A stretch of 54,931 nt of DNA, from assembly GCA_033763905.1 (NCBI GenBank), contig JANRJP010000039.1, positions 1 to 54,931 on the forward strand. The letters are read 5' to 3'. Below are positions 37,380 to 48,418 of this stretch, in pieces. Position numbers and translations under genes: made by a program. The DNA comes from Gemmatimonadaceae bacterium (GTDB lineage: Bacteria; Gemmatimonadota; Gemmatimonadetes; Gemmatimonadales; Gemmatimonadaceae). A model generated the notes under the pieces. That model was not told the DNA's origin, did no database searches, and saw nothing but the letters and a program-made list of their open reading frames with translations. Position 1 is the first letter of the stretch. Each line of letters starts with the position of its first letter.

Positions 37380-38978
37380 TCAGGCGCCGTTCGACGCACC
37401 GGCGCGGGCGAAGACCTGCGCCGGCAACTCCACACCGGTCAGCAGGCGGATCGCTTCCTGAATCTGTCGATCCTGCGACGCCTGCCAGGTGAAGACCGCG
37501 TCCGGTCCAGCGCCGAAGCGCAGGATCTCCTGGGTCAGCAGTCGGTCGATCACCGGTCGCGCCGCGCCCCACACGGTGTCGGCCACGTCGGCTTTCCGTG
37601 CGGCCAGCGCACGCCGGAACGCCGCACGATGGGCCTCGGTGACGGAGAATCCCGGGGACGTGCCGCCGCCGCGCGCCGCGTCACGCAGCGCAATCGCGGT
37701 CGCCGTCAGGGCGTCGCGGAAGGCGCCGATGCGCCCGTTCAACGCGCTGTCGAGCAGCCGCTCGGGCACTCGCAGCGAGGTATCCCGCACGATCACGTCC
37801 GGCACGATCGCATCGCCACCGTAGACGGTGCGGCCCAGCGGCGTCTTGAAAGGTACGCGCAGCGGGGCGGTGTCCCGCGGGGCGTCGGCGTTCGCGTCGT
37901 CCTCGTCGTCGGGGGCGCGCGTCGGTCGCGCAATGCTGCGCCCGAGCGGCGTGAACCATCGCGCCGTGGTCAGCTTGAGTGCACCGCGCTCAAACGGAAA
38001 CACGCTCTGCGCGCTGCCTTTGCCGAACGTCGGCGTGCCAATCACCAGCGCGCGATCGTGATCCTGCAGGGCGCCGGCGACGATCTCGGAGGCACTCGCG
38101 CTGCCTTCGTTGACCAGCACCACGATCGGCAAGGTCGGAAAGCGCGGCGCTTCGTCGCTGGCCAGTTGGGCCGTCGACCCGCGGATGCGGCCCTTGAGCG
38201 ACACGATCGGGGTGCCCTTGGCGAGGAAGAGCTCCGATACCGCCACGCCCTGCTCGAGCAGCCCGCCGGGGTTGCCCCGCAGATCCAGCACCATCGCGCG
38301 CGCACCGCGCGTGCGCAACGAATCGGCCGCGCGCGCGAGCTCGGACGCGGCGGAATCGCTGAACTCATTGAGGTCCACGTAGCCGATCGTCGGCGCAAGC
38401 ATCGTCACGCGGCTCACCGCCCGCACGTGAATCTCGCGGCGCGGCAGGCTGAACTCGCGTCGGCCGCTCACCCCGGGCCGCTCGATCGCCAGTCGCACGC
38501 GGGTGCCGCGCTCGCCGCGAATCGCGCGCACCGTCTCTTCGGTGGACCAGCCGCGCGTACTCTTGCCTTCGATCTCCACGATGCGGTCACCGGTGGCGAT
38601 GCCCGCAGAATCGGCGGGTGTGCCTGCGATCGGCGAAATCACCGTTGGCCATCCATCGCGCGCATCGACCTGCGCGCCGATGCCGCCGTAGTTGCCGGTG
38701 GCCCGTTCGCTCAGCCGCTTGAGGCGGTCGGGCGGGAGGTAGGCGGAATTGGGATCGCCCAACTCCGAGAACAACCCGTCCACGGCGCGGCGGTACAACA
38801 CCGAATCGGGAATCTCGTCGACGTAGCGATCGGCGATCTGCCGCCGCACGGCGTCGAACAGGCGGGGCCCGTCGGATGGCCCGGCCGCTTCGGCCTTGGA
38901 CTGCTGCAGCAGCCACGCGCCAGCAGCGACGGCGACGCCGTAGATGACGCCCGTGACGACGGACCGGGTGCGGCTCAT
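37380..38978 (-). CDS. S41 family carboxy-terminal processing protease (PDZ)
   Basis: YGGIG (PDZ), DLRGNPGG, SASASEIVAGALQDHDRA, FGKGSAQ; start ATG 38978. Confidence 0.93.
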   Translation of the reverse strand: MSRTRSVVTGVIYGVAVAAGAWLLQQSKAEAAGPSDGPRLFDAVRRQIADRYVDEIPDSVLYRRAVDGLFSELGDPNSAYLPPDRLKRLSERATGNYGGIGAQVDARDGWPTVISPIAGTPADSAGIATGDRIVEIEGKSTRGWSTEETVRAIRGERGTRVRLAIERPGVSGRREFSLPRREIHVRAVSRVTMLAPTIGYVDLNEFSDSAASELARAADSLRTRGARAMVLDLRGNPGGLLEQGVAVSELFLAKGTPIVSLKGRIRGSTAQLASDEAPRFPTLPIVVLVNEGSASASEIVAGALQDHDRALVIGTPTFGKGSAQSVFPFERGALKLTTARWFTPLGRSIARPTRAPDDEDDANADAPRDTAPLRVPFKTPLGRTVYGGDAIVPDVIVRDTSLRVPERLLDSALNGRIGAFRDALTATAIALRDAARGGGTSPGFSVTEAHRAAFRRALAARKADVADTVWGAARPVIDRLLTQEILRFGAGPDAVFTWQASQDRQIQEAIRLLTGVELPAQVFARAGASNGA

Positions 38979-39637
38979 CCCTGCAATACCCCGCGCAGGT
39001 CCGGAAGGTGCTCGGCCAGAATCGACGCCACGCGCCCCGCCACGTCGTCGGCGGTGCCGCGGGCATCGACGGACACGATGCGGCCGCACTCCGGGTGCTC
39101 CGCCTGCCAGTCCGGACGGACCGCCCGACGGAAGGCGTCCGCAACGCGCTGATGGAACTCGCTGCCCGCCTGCTCGATGCGGTCCGTGGCGCCGCGGCGA
39201 TTGGCACGCGCCATTCCTTCGGCCACCGGGAGCTCCAGAACACAGGTCACATCAGGTCGAACGTCGCCGATCGCGAGAAGGTTCGCGGCTCGCACCGTCG
39301 CGGCATCGAGCCCGCGGCCGGCCACTTGATAGGCGTACGTCGAGAGGAAAAAGCGATCCAGCACCACGATCGCGTCGCGCGCGAGTGCCGGTTGCACCAC
39401 CTGCGCCATCAGTGTCGCCCGGGAGGCCAGGAACAGCAGGGCCTCGGCTGGGGCAGGAATCTCGCGCGACGGGTCGAGCAGCAGCCCGCGCACCGCATCA
39501 CCGAGCGACGTGCCGCCCGGTTCGCGCAGCGACAGCACCTCGCGGCCGGACGCGCGCAGCCGCTCGACCAGCCGGGCGACTTGCGTGCTTTTGCCGGCGC
39601 CTTCGACGCCCTCAAAGACGACGAGTGCGCCGGCCAT
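38975..39637 (-). CDS. tmk: Thymidylate kinase
   Basis: FEGVEGAGKSTQ, REPGGT, LDRFFLSTYAYQ, DRIE. Confidence 0.96.
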   Translation of the reverse strand: MAGALVVFEGVEGAGKSTQVARLVERLRASGREVLSLREPGGTSLGDAVRGLLLDPSREIPAPAEALLFLASRATLMAQVVQPALARDAIVVLDRFFLSTYAYQVAGRGLDAATVRAANLLAIGDVRPDVTCVLELPVAEGMARANRRGATDRIEQAGSEFHQRVADAFRRAVRPDWQAEHPECGRIVSVDARGTADDVAGRVASILAEHLPDLRGVLQG

Positions 39638-39642
39638 CGACG

Positions 39643-39993
39643 TCAGAGGAGCACGATCGAGCTGGTGGCGCCGGTGCGGATCCCTTCCGAGATCCACTGG
39701 TTCACCTGCAGCATCAGCTTGTCGAAGTTCTCCTGCGCCGCGATCGCCCGCTGATAGGCCACACTGCCCTGCACGGTGGTGAACAGGCGTTCCATCTCCT
39801 GCTCCATTTCCGGCGTCGGGCGCTCGCCGCGCTCCATCCCCCGCTGGGCCTGTTCGCGCAGCTGCTCGATCGCCTGCAGCGCCGCGACCGCGGCGCTATC
39901 GGCGTTGAGCGCTTCGGAGGTCGCCTTGACCGCCTTGTACTCGGCGCTCTGGCCGATGAGTCGACCGAGTTCCTTCGCCTTGTCTTCCGTCAT
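39643..39993 (-). CDS. YlbF/YheA/YmcA-family (Com_YlbF) protein
   Basis: KAKELGRLIGQSAEYK...AQENFDKLMLQVNQWI helical pattern. Confidence 0.75.
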   Translation of the reverse strand: MTEDKAKELGRLIGQSAEYKAVKATSEALNADSAAVAALQAIEQLREQAQRGMERGERPTPEMEQEMERLFTTVQGSVAYQRAIAAQENFDKLMLQVNQWISEGIRTGATSSIVLL

Positions 39994-40948
39994 TGCTGCT
40001 CTCCGGTACGGGTCGGCGCCGAGTCGGGCCGAGGGGTAGTGGCCATCGGCCGCGTCGCCAGCAGAAATCTGTCGCGTCCGGTGAGGTCCTGCACGATGTG
40101 CGCGGTGGCAAAGCCCGCCTGTTGCGCCAGGGCCAGTGCCCGATCGGCGCGCCGGCTATCGACTTCAAAAGCCAGCAGTCCGCCGGGCGCGAGCACCGAC
40201 ATCGCCGACGCCAGATAGTCGGCAATCACGGCCATCCCGTCGTCAGCGGCGAAGAGGGCAAGCGCCGGCTCCCAGTCCCGCACGGCCGCGGGCAACTCGC
40301 GCGCTTCCTCGAAGGCGATGTAGGGCGGGTTCGCCGCCAGCACCTGCACCAGCTCGCCGCCCAGCGGCGCGAGCCCGGTGCCGTGCCGCAGTTCCACGCG
40401 CGCGCGGAGTTCGCCGGCGAGCGCGGCCGCATTGGCCCCCGCGACATCCAGCGCGTCCTGCGAGACATCGGTCGCGATCACGCGGTCGAACGTCCCTTCG
40501 GCCGCAAGCGCCAGCGCGATCGCCCCGCTGCCGGTGCCGATGTCGGCGGCGACGCCGTGCCCGCCCGCCGTGCGGCGGAGGATCTCGTCGACGAGCTGCT
40601 CAGTCTCCGGTCGCGGGATCAACACACGCTCATCGACCCTCAACGTCAGGTGACGGAACGGCGCCGCCCCAACCGCATAGGCGAATGGCGCACCTGCCGC
40701 CCGCTTCGCGGCCGCGCGGCGCGCGTGCACCACCACCTGCGCGGGCAACAGCGCGTCGGGATTGGCGGTGGGCCAAAAGCGGGGCTCTTCCACACAGGCC
40801 GCCACCAGATCGCGGGCTTCCTGCCGTGCGGTTTCGACGCCGGCGTTCGTCAGCACGTCGGCAACCGCCGCCACCAGCTCGCTGCAGCGCATCGTGCCGG
40901 CGTCATCGACCGCGCCGAGGGCGTTCCACTCGAGGACGGACTCGTCGT

Positions 40949-40952
<4 letters not shown>
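39990..40952 (-). CDS. prmC: Release factor glutamine methyltransferase
   Basis: [29 protein letters not shown]; directly downstream of prfA. Confidence 0.95.
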
Positions 40953-42015
<1,063 letters not shown>

Positions 42016-42019
<4 letters not shown>

Positions 42020-42222
42020 GCGGTCGCCTTGTTGTACTTCTGGCGGAAGCGCTCCACGCGCCCAGCCGTGTCGATCAGCTTCTGCTTGCCGGTGTAGAAC
42101 GGGTGGCAGCGCGAGCAGATGTCGAGCGAAATGTCGGCGAACGTCGAGCGCGTCTGAAACGTCGAACCGCACGCGCACTTCACGGTGGCGGTCGCGTACG
42201 TCGGATGGATATCGGCCTTCAT
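42016..42222 (-). CDS. rpmE: 50S ribosomal protein L31 (Cys-containing type)
   Basis: [37 protein letters not shown]. Confidence 0.97.
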
Positions 42223-42254
42223 CGGAGACTCCTGAAAGTGTCGGACAGCCTGTA

Positions 42255-42284
42255 AAAATACGTCGCCGGAACCCCAAGTTGCAA
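42255..42284 (-). promoter_or_regulatory. Putative sigma70 promoter of the rpmE-prfA operon
   Basis: TTGCAA-18 nt-TATTTT on the minus strand. Confidence 0.5.
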
Positions 42285-42304
42285 GGTGCCAAGGGGTTAC
42301 GTGT

Positions 42305-42333
42305 TTGACAGCGGGGGCCCTTGGGGGTAACGT
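42305..42333 (+). promoter_or_regulatory. Putative sigma70 promoter of the Crp-family gene
   Basis: Consensus TTGACA-17 nt-TAACGT. Confidence 0.7.
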
Positions 42334-42388
42334 CTCCCCGCGGCTCCGTCTATAGTAGCCGCCGCCCCCCTTTTCCGTTCATCCCCGT

Positions 42389-43120
42389 ATGGCCGAGTAC
42401 TCCACCCGACCGTCTCGTCCCACCCCGGCTTCCGGCATCCCGCCGCTGACCAGCACGGTGGAGTTCCTCGCGACGGTGCCGCTGTTCCACGAGCTGGACC
42501 TCGAGGAACTGCGTCGCTTTGGCGAGCTCGTCCGCGAGAAGAGCTACCCCAAGAGCAGCGTGATCGTCTTCGAAGACGACCCCGGGGACGCCTTCTTCAT
42601 CGTGCGCGAGGGGCGCGTGAAGGTCGTCCGGGTGGGCGACGACGGCCGCGAAGTGATCCTCGACCGCTTCGGCCCCGGCGATCACTTCGGCGAACTGGCG
42701 CTGATCGACAACGGCCCGCGCTCCGCCCACGTGGTGGCGATCGAGGACGCGACGCTGCTCGTGCTGCGCCGCGACGACTTCCGCCGCCGCGTGGAAGAGT
42801 CCCCCAAGGTCGCCTGGGCCTTGCTCGGCGAACTCTCGCGTCGCCTGCGCTCGGCCGACGACCAGATCAGCAGTCTGGTGCTCCTCGATGTGCCCGGCCG
42901 CATCGCGCGGCTCCTGCTCGACCACATCACCGACGAGAGCACGACGATCGAGCAGGCGATCACCCACCAGACGATCGCGCAGATGATCGGCGCGAGCCGA
43001 GAGACGGTGTCGCGTTCGATGCGCGACTTCCAGCAGATGGACTGGATCAGCGTGGACAAGCGTCGCATCACCCTGACCGATGTCGAGGCGCTGCGCAAGC
43101 GGGCGCGAGCGCGAGAATAA
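42389..43120 (+). CDS. Crp/Fnr family transcriptional regulator (CRP-like)
   Basis: cNMP pocket FGELALIDNGPRSA; HTH THQTIAQMIGASRETVSR. Confidence 0.93.
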   Translation: MAEYSTRPSRPTPASGIPPLTSTVEFLATVPLFHELDLEELRRFGELVREKSYPKSSVIVFEDDPGDAFFIVREGRVKVVRVGDDGREVILDRFGPGDHFGELALIDNGPRSAHVVAIEDATLLVLRRDDFRRRVEESPKVAWALLGELSRRLRSADDQISSLVLLDVPGRIARLLLDHITDESTTIEQAITHQTIAQMIGASRETVSRSMRDFQQMDWISVDKRRITLTDVEALRKRARARE

Positions 43121-43130
43121 GTGCGTCGGT

Positions 43131-43146
43131 TGTGAGGCGCGTCACC
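43131..43146 (+). promoter_or_regulatory. Putative CRP-binding site
   Basis: TGTGA-GGCGCG-TCACC, 9/10 match to TGTGA-N6-TCACA; extended -10 TGcTATCGT at 43166-43174. Confidence 0.65.
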
Positions 43147-43233
43147 TCGCGTTGACGTGTCTTGGTGCTATCGTTGGCGGCATCTAGTAGCGGCGCGCGA
43201 GCGCCGGCTTCGTCCGTGACCTGATCGTCTGAG

Positions 43234-44103
43234 ATGGATCTCACTTTCTGGGGAACCCGCGGCTCCATTCCCAGCCCCGGACCGAACACGGTCCGGTACG
43301 GCGGCAACACGCCGTGCACCGAGTTGCGCACGGAGGCCGGCCATCTGGTGATCCTCGACGCGGGCACGGGCATCCGTGAACTCGGTCGCTCGCTCATCAC
43401 GCGCAGCGGGGGCGCGGCGATCGAGGGCGACATCTTCCTCACCCACGCGCACTGGGATCACATCCAGGGGCTTCCCTTCTTCGCCCCGATTTTCCAGCGC
43501 GGCAATCACTTCACGATCTGGGGCTCGGCCTCGCTCGAGACCAGCATCGACCGTGTCGTGCGCGACCAGATGTCGCCGGTGGTGTTCCCCGTCACATTCG
43601 ACCAGCTCGACGCCGCGATCGACTTCTCGGAGATCCGTCCCGGCGAAGCGCGCGCCAACGGCGTGTTGGTGTCCGCCTTCGACGTGAGGCACCCCGGCGG
43701 TGCCTTGGGGTATCGTTTCGCTGACCCCGCGACCCCGGATCGGAGTCTCGTGTACATCAGCGACAGTGAACTGAACGACGCGAGCAAGTATCCGCAGTCC
43801 CCGAGCACCTGGCGCGACGATCTCGTGTCCTGGGCGCGCGGCGCCACGGTGCTCGTGCACGACGCGACCTACACGGCCGAGGAGTACGAGCAACACCGCG
43901 GCTGGGGCCACTCGACCGACGATGACGCGGTTGATCTGGCGCTCGACGCCGGCGTGGCCACGCTGGTGCTGTTTCACCACAAGCCCGAGCGGCACGACGA
44001 CGAGGTGGATGCTCGCGTCGCGGCGGCACGGGATCGGGTGGCGCGCGGCGGCGCGCGGCTCGAGGTCATCGCCGCCGCCGAAGGAATGCGACTGTCCATT
44101 TGA
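43234..44103 (+). CDS. MBL-fold metallo-hydrolase (putative phosphodiesterase)
   Basis: FWGTRGSIPSPG...YGGNTPC, DAGTG, THAHWDHIQGLPFF, HPGG, SDSE, GWGHS, LFHHKP. Confidence 0.88.
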   Translation: MDLTFWGTRGSIPSPGPNTVRYGGNTPCTELRTEAGHLVILDAGTGIRELGRSLITRSGGAAIEGDIFLTHAHWDHIQGLPFFAPIFQRGNHFTIWGSASLETSIDRVVRDQMSPVVFPVTFDQLDAAIDFSEIRPGEARANGVLVSAFDVRHPGGALGYRFADPATPDRSLVYISDSELNDASKYPQSPSTWRDDLVSWARGATVLVHDATYTAEEYEQHRGWGHSTDDDAVDLALDAGVATLVLFHHKPERHDDEVDARVAAARDRVARGGARLEVIAAAEGMRLSI

Positions 44104-44122
44104 CCTCCGAGGAGGGATTTCA

Positions 44123-44860
44123 ATGATCCGCCGCACGCTGTACGCCCTGTCCGCTCTTGCACTCGTCGCGCCGACCGCCGTGGCCGCTCAAGCGGCCGAC
44201 CAGCGCCCGACCGTGGCCGTGCTCTACTTCAACAACGGCTCCTTCGGGCCGGGCGCGAAGGACTACGACCTGCTCGGTCGCGGGGTCGCCGATTATCTCA
44301 TCGGCGAGCTCAGCGGCAACCCGGCCGTGCGCGTCGTCGAACGTGACCAGATCGGCAAGATCACGGCCGAACAGGATCTCGGCACGTCGGGCCGGGTCGA
44401 TGCCGAAACTGCCGTCCGCATCGGCAAGCTACTCGGCGCGCGCTATATGGTGACCGGCGGCTACATCGCCGATCCAAAGGGCAACGTGTCGCTCAACGCC
44501 CGCGTCTTCGAGGTGGAAACGAGCAAGATCATCCACACCGAGCGCGTGACCGACAAGGCCGAGAACTTCGTGCCGCTGATCGGCAAGCTCGCCGAAAAGC
44601 TCAACAGCGGCATGAAGCTCCCCGAGATTCCGAAGCGCACCGGCGCCACGCCGATGCCGTCCACCACCGGGAGCGCCGTCGGTCAGGCGCCGGCGCCGGA
44701 GCAGAAGGTGCCGTTCGCCGCGGTGGTGCTGTACTCGAAGGCCATCGCCGCGAAGGACAAGGGGAACAAGGCCGAAGCGGTGACGCTGTTCAAGGCCTCG
44801 CTCGAGAAGTTCCCCGAATTCTCGAAGGCGAAGACGGAACTCAAGAATCTCGGTGGCTGA
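44123..44860 (+). CDS. Secreted CsgG/HfaB (FlgO/TolB_N-like) family protein with C-terminal TPR-like helices
   Basis: GGAGG SD, signal peptide; TVAVLYF, VRVVER, AVRIGKLLGARYMVTG. Confidence 0.8.
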   Translation: MIRRTLYALSALALVAPTAVAAQAADQRPTVAVLYFNNGSFGPGAKDYDLLGRGVADYLIGELSGNPAVRVVERDQIGKITAEQDLGTSGRVDAETAVRIGKLLGARYMVTGGYIADPKGNVSLNARVFEVETSKIIHTERVTDKAENFVPLIGKLAEKLNSGMKLPEIPKRTGATPMPSTTGSAVGQAPAPEQKVPFAAVVLYSKAIAAKDKGNKAEAVTLFKASLEKFPEFSKAKTELKNLGG

Positions 44861-46895
44861 GTCCACTCGCGACGGCGACGACGCGCTGGCTCGCTCCACG
44901 CCAGCGCGCGTCACACCGTTTCGCGCGCGAATGCAGGCGCGGCCGCTGCTCGTACTGCCCGTCGGCCGGGCCCTCGATCTTCCGTCCGCCATCCTCGAGG
45001 GCATCGACCTCGAACACCGCGATGGCTGGCCCGACCCGGGCACCCTCGATCCGTCGCGCCCGATCGTCTGCGCGGTCGACGAAGCAGAACTCCTGCACGC
45101 GCCGGGCGGCTTGATCGGCGTCGAGTCGCTCGCCGCCGTGTCGGCGATCGTCGTGTTCGGTCGCGATGCCGAGCCGACGACGGACCTGCCGGCGGAGTAC
45201 TGCTCGGCCTTCATCCCTGCCGGCGCCTCGGCCGGCATCGTGCGCACGGCCCTGATGGCCGCGCTGCGGCAGGCGGCGACGCTGCGCGCGGCGCGGCGCG
45301 CGACCGAGTCGGAGCAGGCGCGCCACGACGAGCTCACCGATCTGTCACAAGTTGCGGCCGCCCTCACGACCGAGCGGGATCTCGAGTCGCTGCTGCGGAT
45401 GATCCTGTCGCAGGCGCGTCGACTGGCCAGCGCCGACGCCGGTTCGCTGTATCTCGTCGAGCGTCCCGCCGACGACCGCCCCGCCGACACGCTGCGCTTC
45501 AAGCTGGCCCAGAACGACACGCTGCCCGAACTCCCGCTGTCGGAGTTCACCGTGCCGATCGACGACAAGTCGGTGGCGGGCTACGTCGCGCTCACGGGCG
45601 CACCGATCGTCATTCAGGACGTGTACCAACTGCCGCCGAGTGCGGTGTACACGTTCAACCGCTCGTTCGACGAGCAGTTCGGCTATCGCACGAAGTCGAT
45701 GCTCGTCATTCCGATGCGCACGCATCGCGACGAGACGATCGGCGTGCTGCAGCTGATCAATCGCAAGCGGACGCCCGGGGCCGTCCTCACCAACGCCGAC
45801 GCGGTCGAGGAGCACGTGACGACCTTCGGGTCGCGGATCATCGATCTCGTCGCCGCGCTCGCGTCACAGGCGGCCGTGGCGGTCGAGAACGCGCGGCTCT
45901 ACGAAGACATCGAGCGGCTGTTCGAAGGCTTCGTCACCGCCAGCGTGAAGGCGATCGAACAGCGCGACCCGACGACGAGCGGTCACTCGGGCCGTGTCGC
46001 GGTGCTCACCACCGGGCTGGCCGATGCCATCACCCGGGGCGGGGCACCCGGGCCCTACCGCGGTCTGGTGTTCTCGCGCGCCGAACTGCGCGAACTGCGC
46101 TACGCCGCTCTGCTGCACGATTTCGGCAAGGTCGGCGTCCGCGAGCTCGTGCTGGTGAAGCAGAAGAAGCTCTACCCCTGGGACCTGCAGCTGATTCGGC
46201 ACCGCTTCGCCTACTTGAACGCCCTGGCCGACGCCGAGTTCGAGCGCGAGCGCGCGGATTACCTGCTGGAGCACGGCCCGGGCGCCTATCGCGACGCCGT
46301 GGGGCGGCTCGAGAGCCGACGCGACGCGCGACGGCACGAGCTGAACGGCTTTCTCGAAGCGATCCTCCGCGCGAATGAGCCGACGGTGCTGGCCGAGGGC
46401 AACTTCGACGCGCTGGCGCAGATCAACCAGCGGACATACACGGATTTCGAAGGTGTCGAGCGTCCGCTCCTGGGCGACGAAGAACTGCGTTTCCTGATGA
46501 TCCGCCGCGGCAATCTCGACGACAGCGAGCGGCGCGAGATCGAATCGCACGTGACGCACTCGTACCGCTTCCTGGAACAGATTCCGTGGACGCGCGAGCT
46601 CAAGGGCATTCCGTTGATCGCCTTCGGTCACCACGAGAAGCTCAACGGATCGGGCTATCCGCGCGCGGCCAAGGGCGACGAGATCCCGGTGCAGACGCGC
46701 ATGATGACGATCGCCGACATCTACGACGCGCTCACCGCGACCGACCGGCCCTACAAGCGCGCGGTGCCGGCCTCACGCGCGCTGGACATTCTGCACGATG
46801 AAGCCAAGGCGGGGATGATCGACCCGCACCTGCTGGCGGTGTTTACCGAGAGCTACGTCTGGCAGCGCGTGCTGGACGCCAACTCGGTGCGCTAG
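44853..46895 (+). CDS. GAF + HD-GYP domain cyclic-nucleotide phosphodiesterase
   Basis: GAF (ADAGSLYL, YRTKSMLVIP, GVLQLIN); RDPTTSGHS, LLHDFGK, HHEKLNGSGYP, IADIYDALT, RPYK. Confidence 0.92.
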   Translation: MAESTRDGDDALARSTPARVTPFRARMQARPLLVLPVGRALDLPSAILEGIDLEHRDGWPDPGTLDPSRPIVCAVDEAELLHAPGGLIGVESLAAVSAIVVFGRDAEPTTDLPAEYCSAFIPAGASAGIVRTALMAALRQAATLRAARRATESEQARHDELTDLSQVAAALTTERDLESLLRMILSQARRLASADAGSLYLVERPADDRPADTLRFKLAQNDTLPELPLSEFTVPIDDKSVAGYVALTGAPIVIQDVYQLPPSAVYTFNRSFDEQFGYRTKSMLVIPMRTHRDETIGVLQLINRKRTPGAVLTNADAVEEHVTTFGSRIIDLVAALASQAAVAVENARLYEDIERLFEGFVTASVKAIEQRDPTTSGHSGRVAVLTTGLADAITRGGAPGPYRGLVFSRAELRELRYAALLHDFGKVGVRELVLVKQKKLYPWDLQLIRHRFAYLNALADAEFERERADYLLEHGPGAYRDAVGRLESRRDARRHELNGFLEAILRANEPTVLAEGNFDALAQINQRTYTDFEGVERPLLGDEELRFLMIRRGNLDDSERREIESHVTHSYRFLEQIPWTRELKGIPLIAFGHHEKLNGSGYPRAAKGDEIPVQTRMMTIADIYDALTATDRPYKRAVPASRALDILHDEAKAGMIDPHLLAVFTESYVWQRVLDANSVR

Positions 46896-48418
46896 GCGCC
46901 CCAGCCACCGCCGCCCGGCGTTTCGATCGTCACTACATCGCCGGGCTGCAGGTCCAGTCGGCACTTCGCCGGTACCTCGGCGCCATTCAGCAGATTGCGT
47001 CCGCAGGCCCCCGCGCCGCCACCGCGCGCGCCTTGTGGCGCGTGACGGCGACGTTCGGTCAGCAAGGTCACCGTGCACGGCGCCAGCGCCTGGTAGGAAC
47101 GCACCACGCCATCACCACCGTGGTGTCGACCGCGACCGCCCGAGCCCTCGCGAATGGCGTACCGCAGAATGCGCAACGGATACGCCCGTTCCAGCGACTC
47201 GATCGGTGTCACCCGCGTGTTGCTCATCCCCACGTGCACCGCACTCGGGCCCGGCCCGCGCGACGACGCCCCCTGCCCGCCGCCCAGCGTCTCGTAAAAC
47301 GTCCAGCGCGCGCCACCGAAGACGACGTTGTTCATCGTGCCCTGCCCCTGCGCCGGCACATCGAGTCCGGCGTGGTCCAAGGCCAGCAGCACCGTATCGG
47401 TGATGCGCTGCGACATCTCCACGTTGCCGGCCGCCACCGCCGCGGGCCAACGGGCGTTCACCGCCGACCCTTCGGGCAGCACCAGCGTGACGACGCGGGC
47501 AATGCCGTCGTTCATCGGCACATCGTCGTCGAGCAACAGCCGCAGGACGAAGACCACTGCCGCCATCGTCACCTGCGCCGGGCAGTTCACGTTGCCCGCG
47601 ACCTGCGCGCTCGTGCCGGTGAAGTCGACGAGCAATCGACCGTCCGTGGCCGTGACCGCGACGACGATCGTGACGTCGGTGTCGGTCACGCCATCGCCCT
47701 CGAGCGCATCCTGCGCGCGGCCGGTCGCGCCGTCGATGCTGCGCAGGCGCTCGCGCGCGCGCGACGCGGTGTAGTCGAGCAGCGCGTCGCACGCCGACTG
47801 CAGGGCCGGCGGCCCCATCGCGTCGCGCAACGCCCGCCAGCCCGCGGCACCGGCGCGGCACGCGGCCCGCTGCGCGGCGAGATCGCCACGCCGCTCGACG
47901 GGGGTCCTGACGTTGGCCAGCAGAATCGTCCACACGTCGCGATTGGGCGTGCCGCCCCGCTCGAGCAACACCGGCGGCAGGATCAGCCCTTCCTGCACCA
48001 GTTCCCGCGCCCCGAAGGGCATTGAACCCGGCGTCATCCCGCCGACATCGGCGTGATGCGCACGCACTGCGGCGAACCCGAGCACCGTGTCGCCGTCGGC
48101 GATCACTTCGACCATCGTGAGATCGGGGAGGTGCGAGCCGCCGTGGTTGGGGTCGTTCAGGAGCCACACGTCGCCGGCCTGGTACGACTCGGCGCGCACC
48201 GCCGCGACGGCCGCCGGCATCGCGCCCAGATGCACGGGAATGTGTGCGGCCTGCGCAATCATCCGGCCGTCGGCATCGAAGAGCGCGCACGACGCGTCTC
48301 GCCGCTCGCGAATGTTGGGACTGAGCGCACTCCGGGTGAGGACCGCGCCCATTTCTTCGGCGATCATCGCGACCGCATTCGCGGTCACGCCAATCGACAG
48401 CCGCTGGTCCTGCATCAA
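46892..48418 (-). CDS. Hydantoinase B / oxoprolinase family protein
   Basis: SPNIRERRDASCA, HIPVHLG, NDPNHGGSHLPD, HHADVGG, QGTMNN, TPGGGGWG. Confidence 0.92.
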   Translation of the reverse strand: MMQDQRLSIGVTANAVAMIAEEMGAVLTRSALSPNIRERRDASCALFDADGRMIAQAAHIPVHLGAMPAAVAAVRAESYQAGDVWLLNDPNHGGSHLPDLTMVEVIADGDTVLGFAAVRAHHADVGGMTPGSMPFGARELVQEGLILPPVLLERGGTPNRDVWTILLANVRTPVERRGDLAAQRAACRAGAAGWRALRDAMGPPALQSACDALLDYTASRARERLRSIDGATGRAQDALEGDGVTDTDVTIVVAVTATDGRLLVDFTGTSAQVAGNVNCPAQVTMAAVVFVLRLLLDDDVPMNDGIARVVTLVLPEGSAVNARWPAAVAAGNVEMSQRITDTVLLALDHAGLDVPAQGQGTMNNVVFGGARWTFYETLGGGQGASSRGPGPSAVHVGMSNTRVTPIESLERAYPLRILRYAIREGSGGRGRHHGGDGVVRSYQALAPCTVTLLTERRRHAPQGARGGGAGACGRNLLNGAEVPAKCRLDLQPGDVVTIETPGGGGWGA

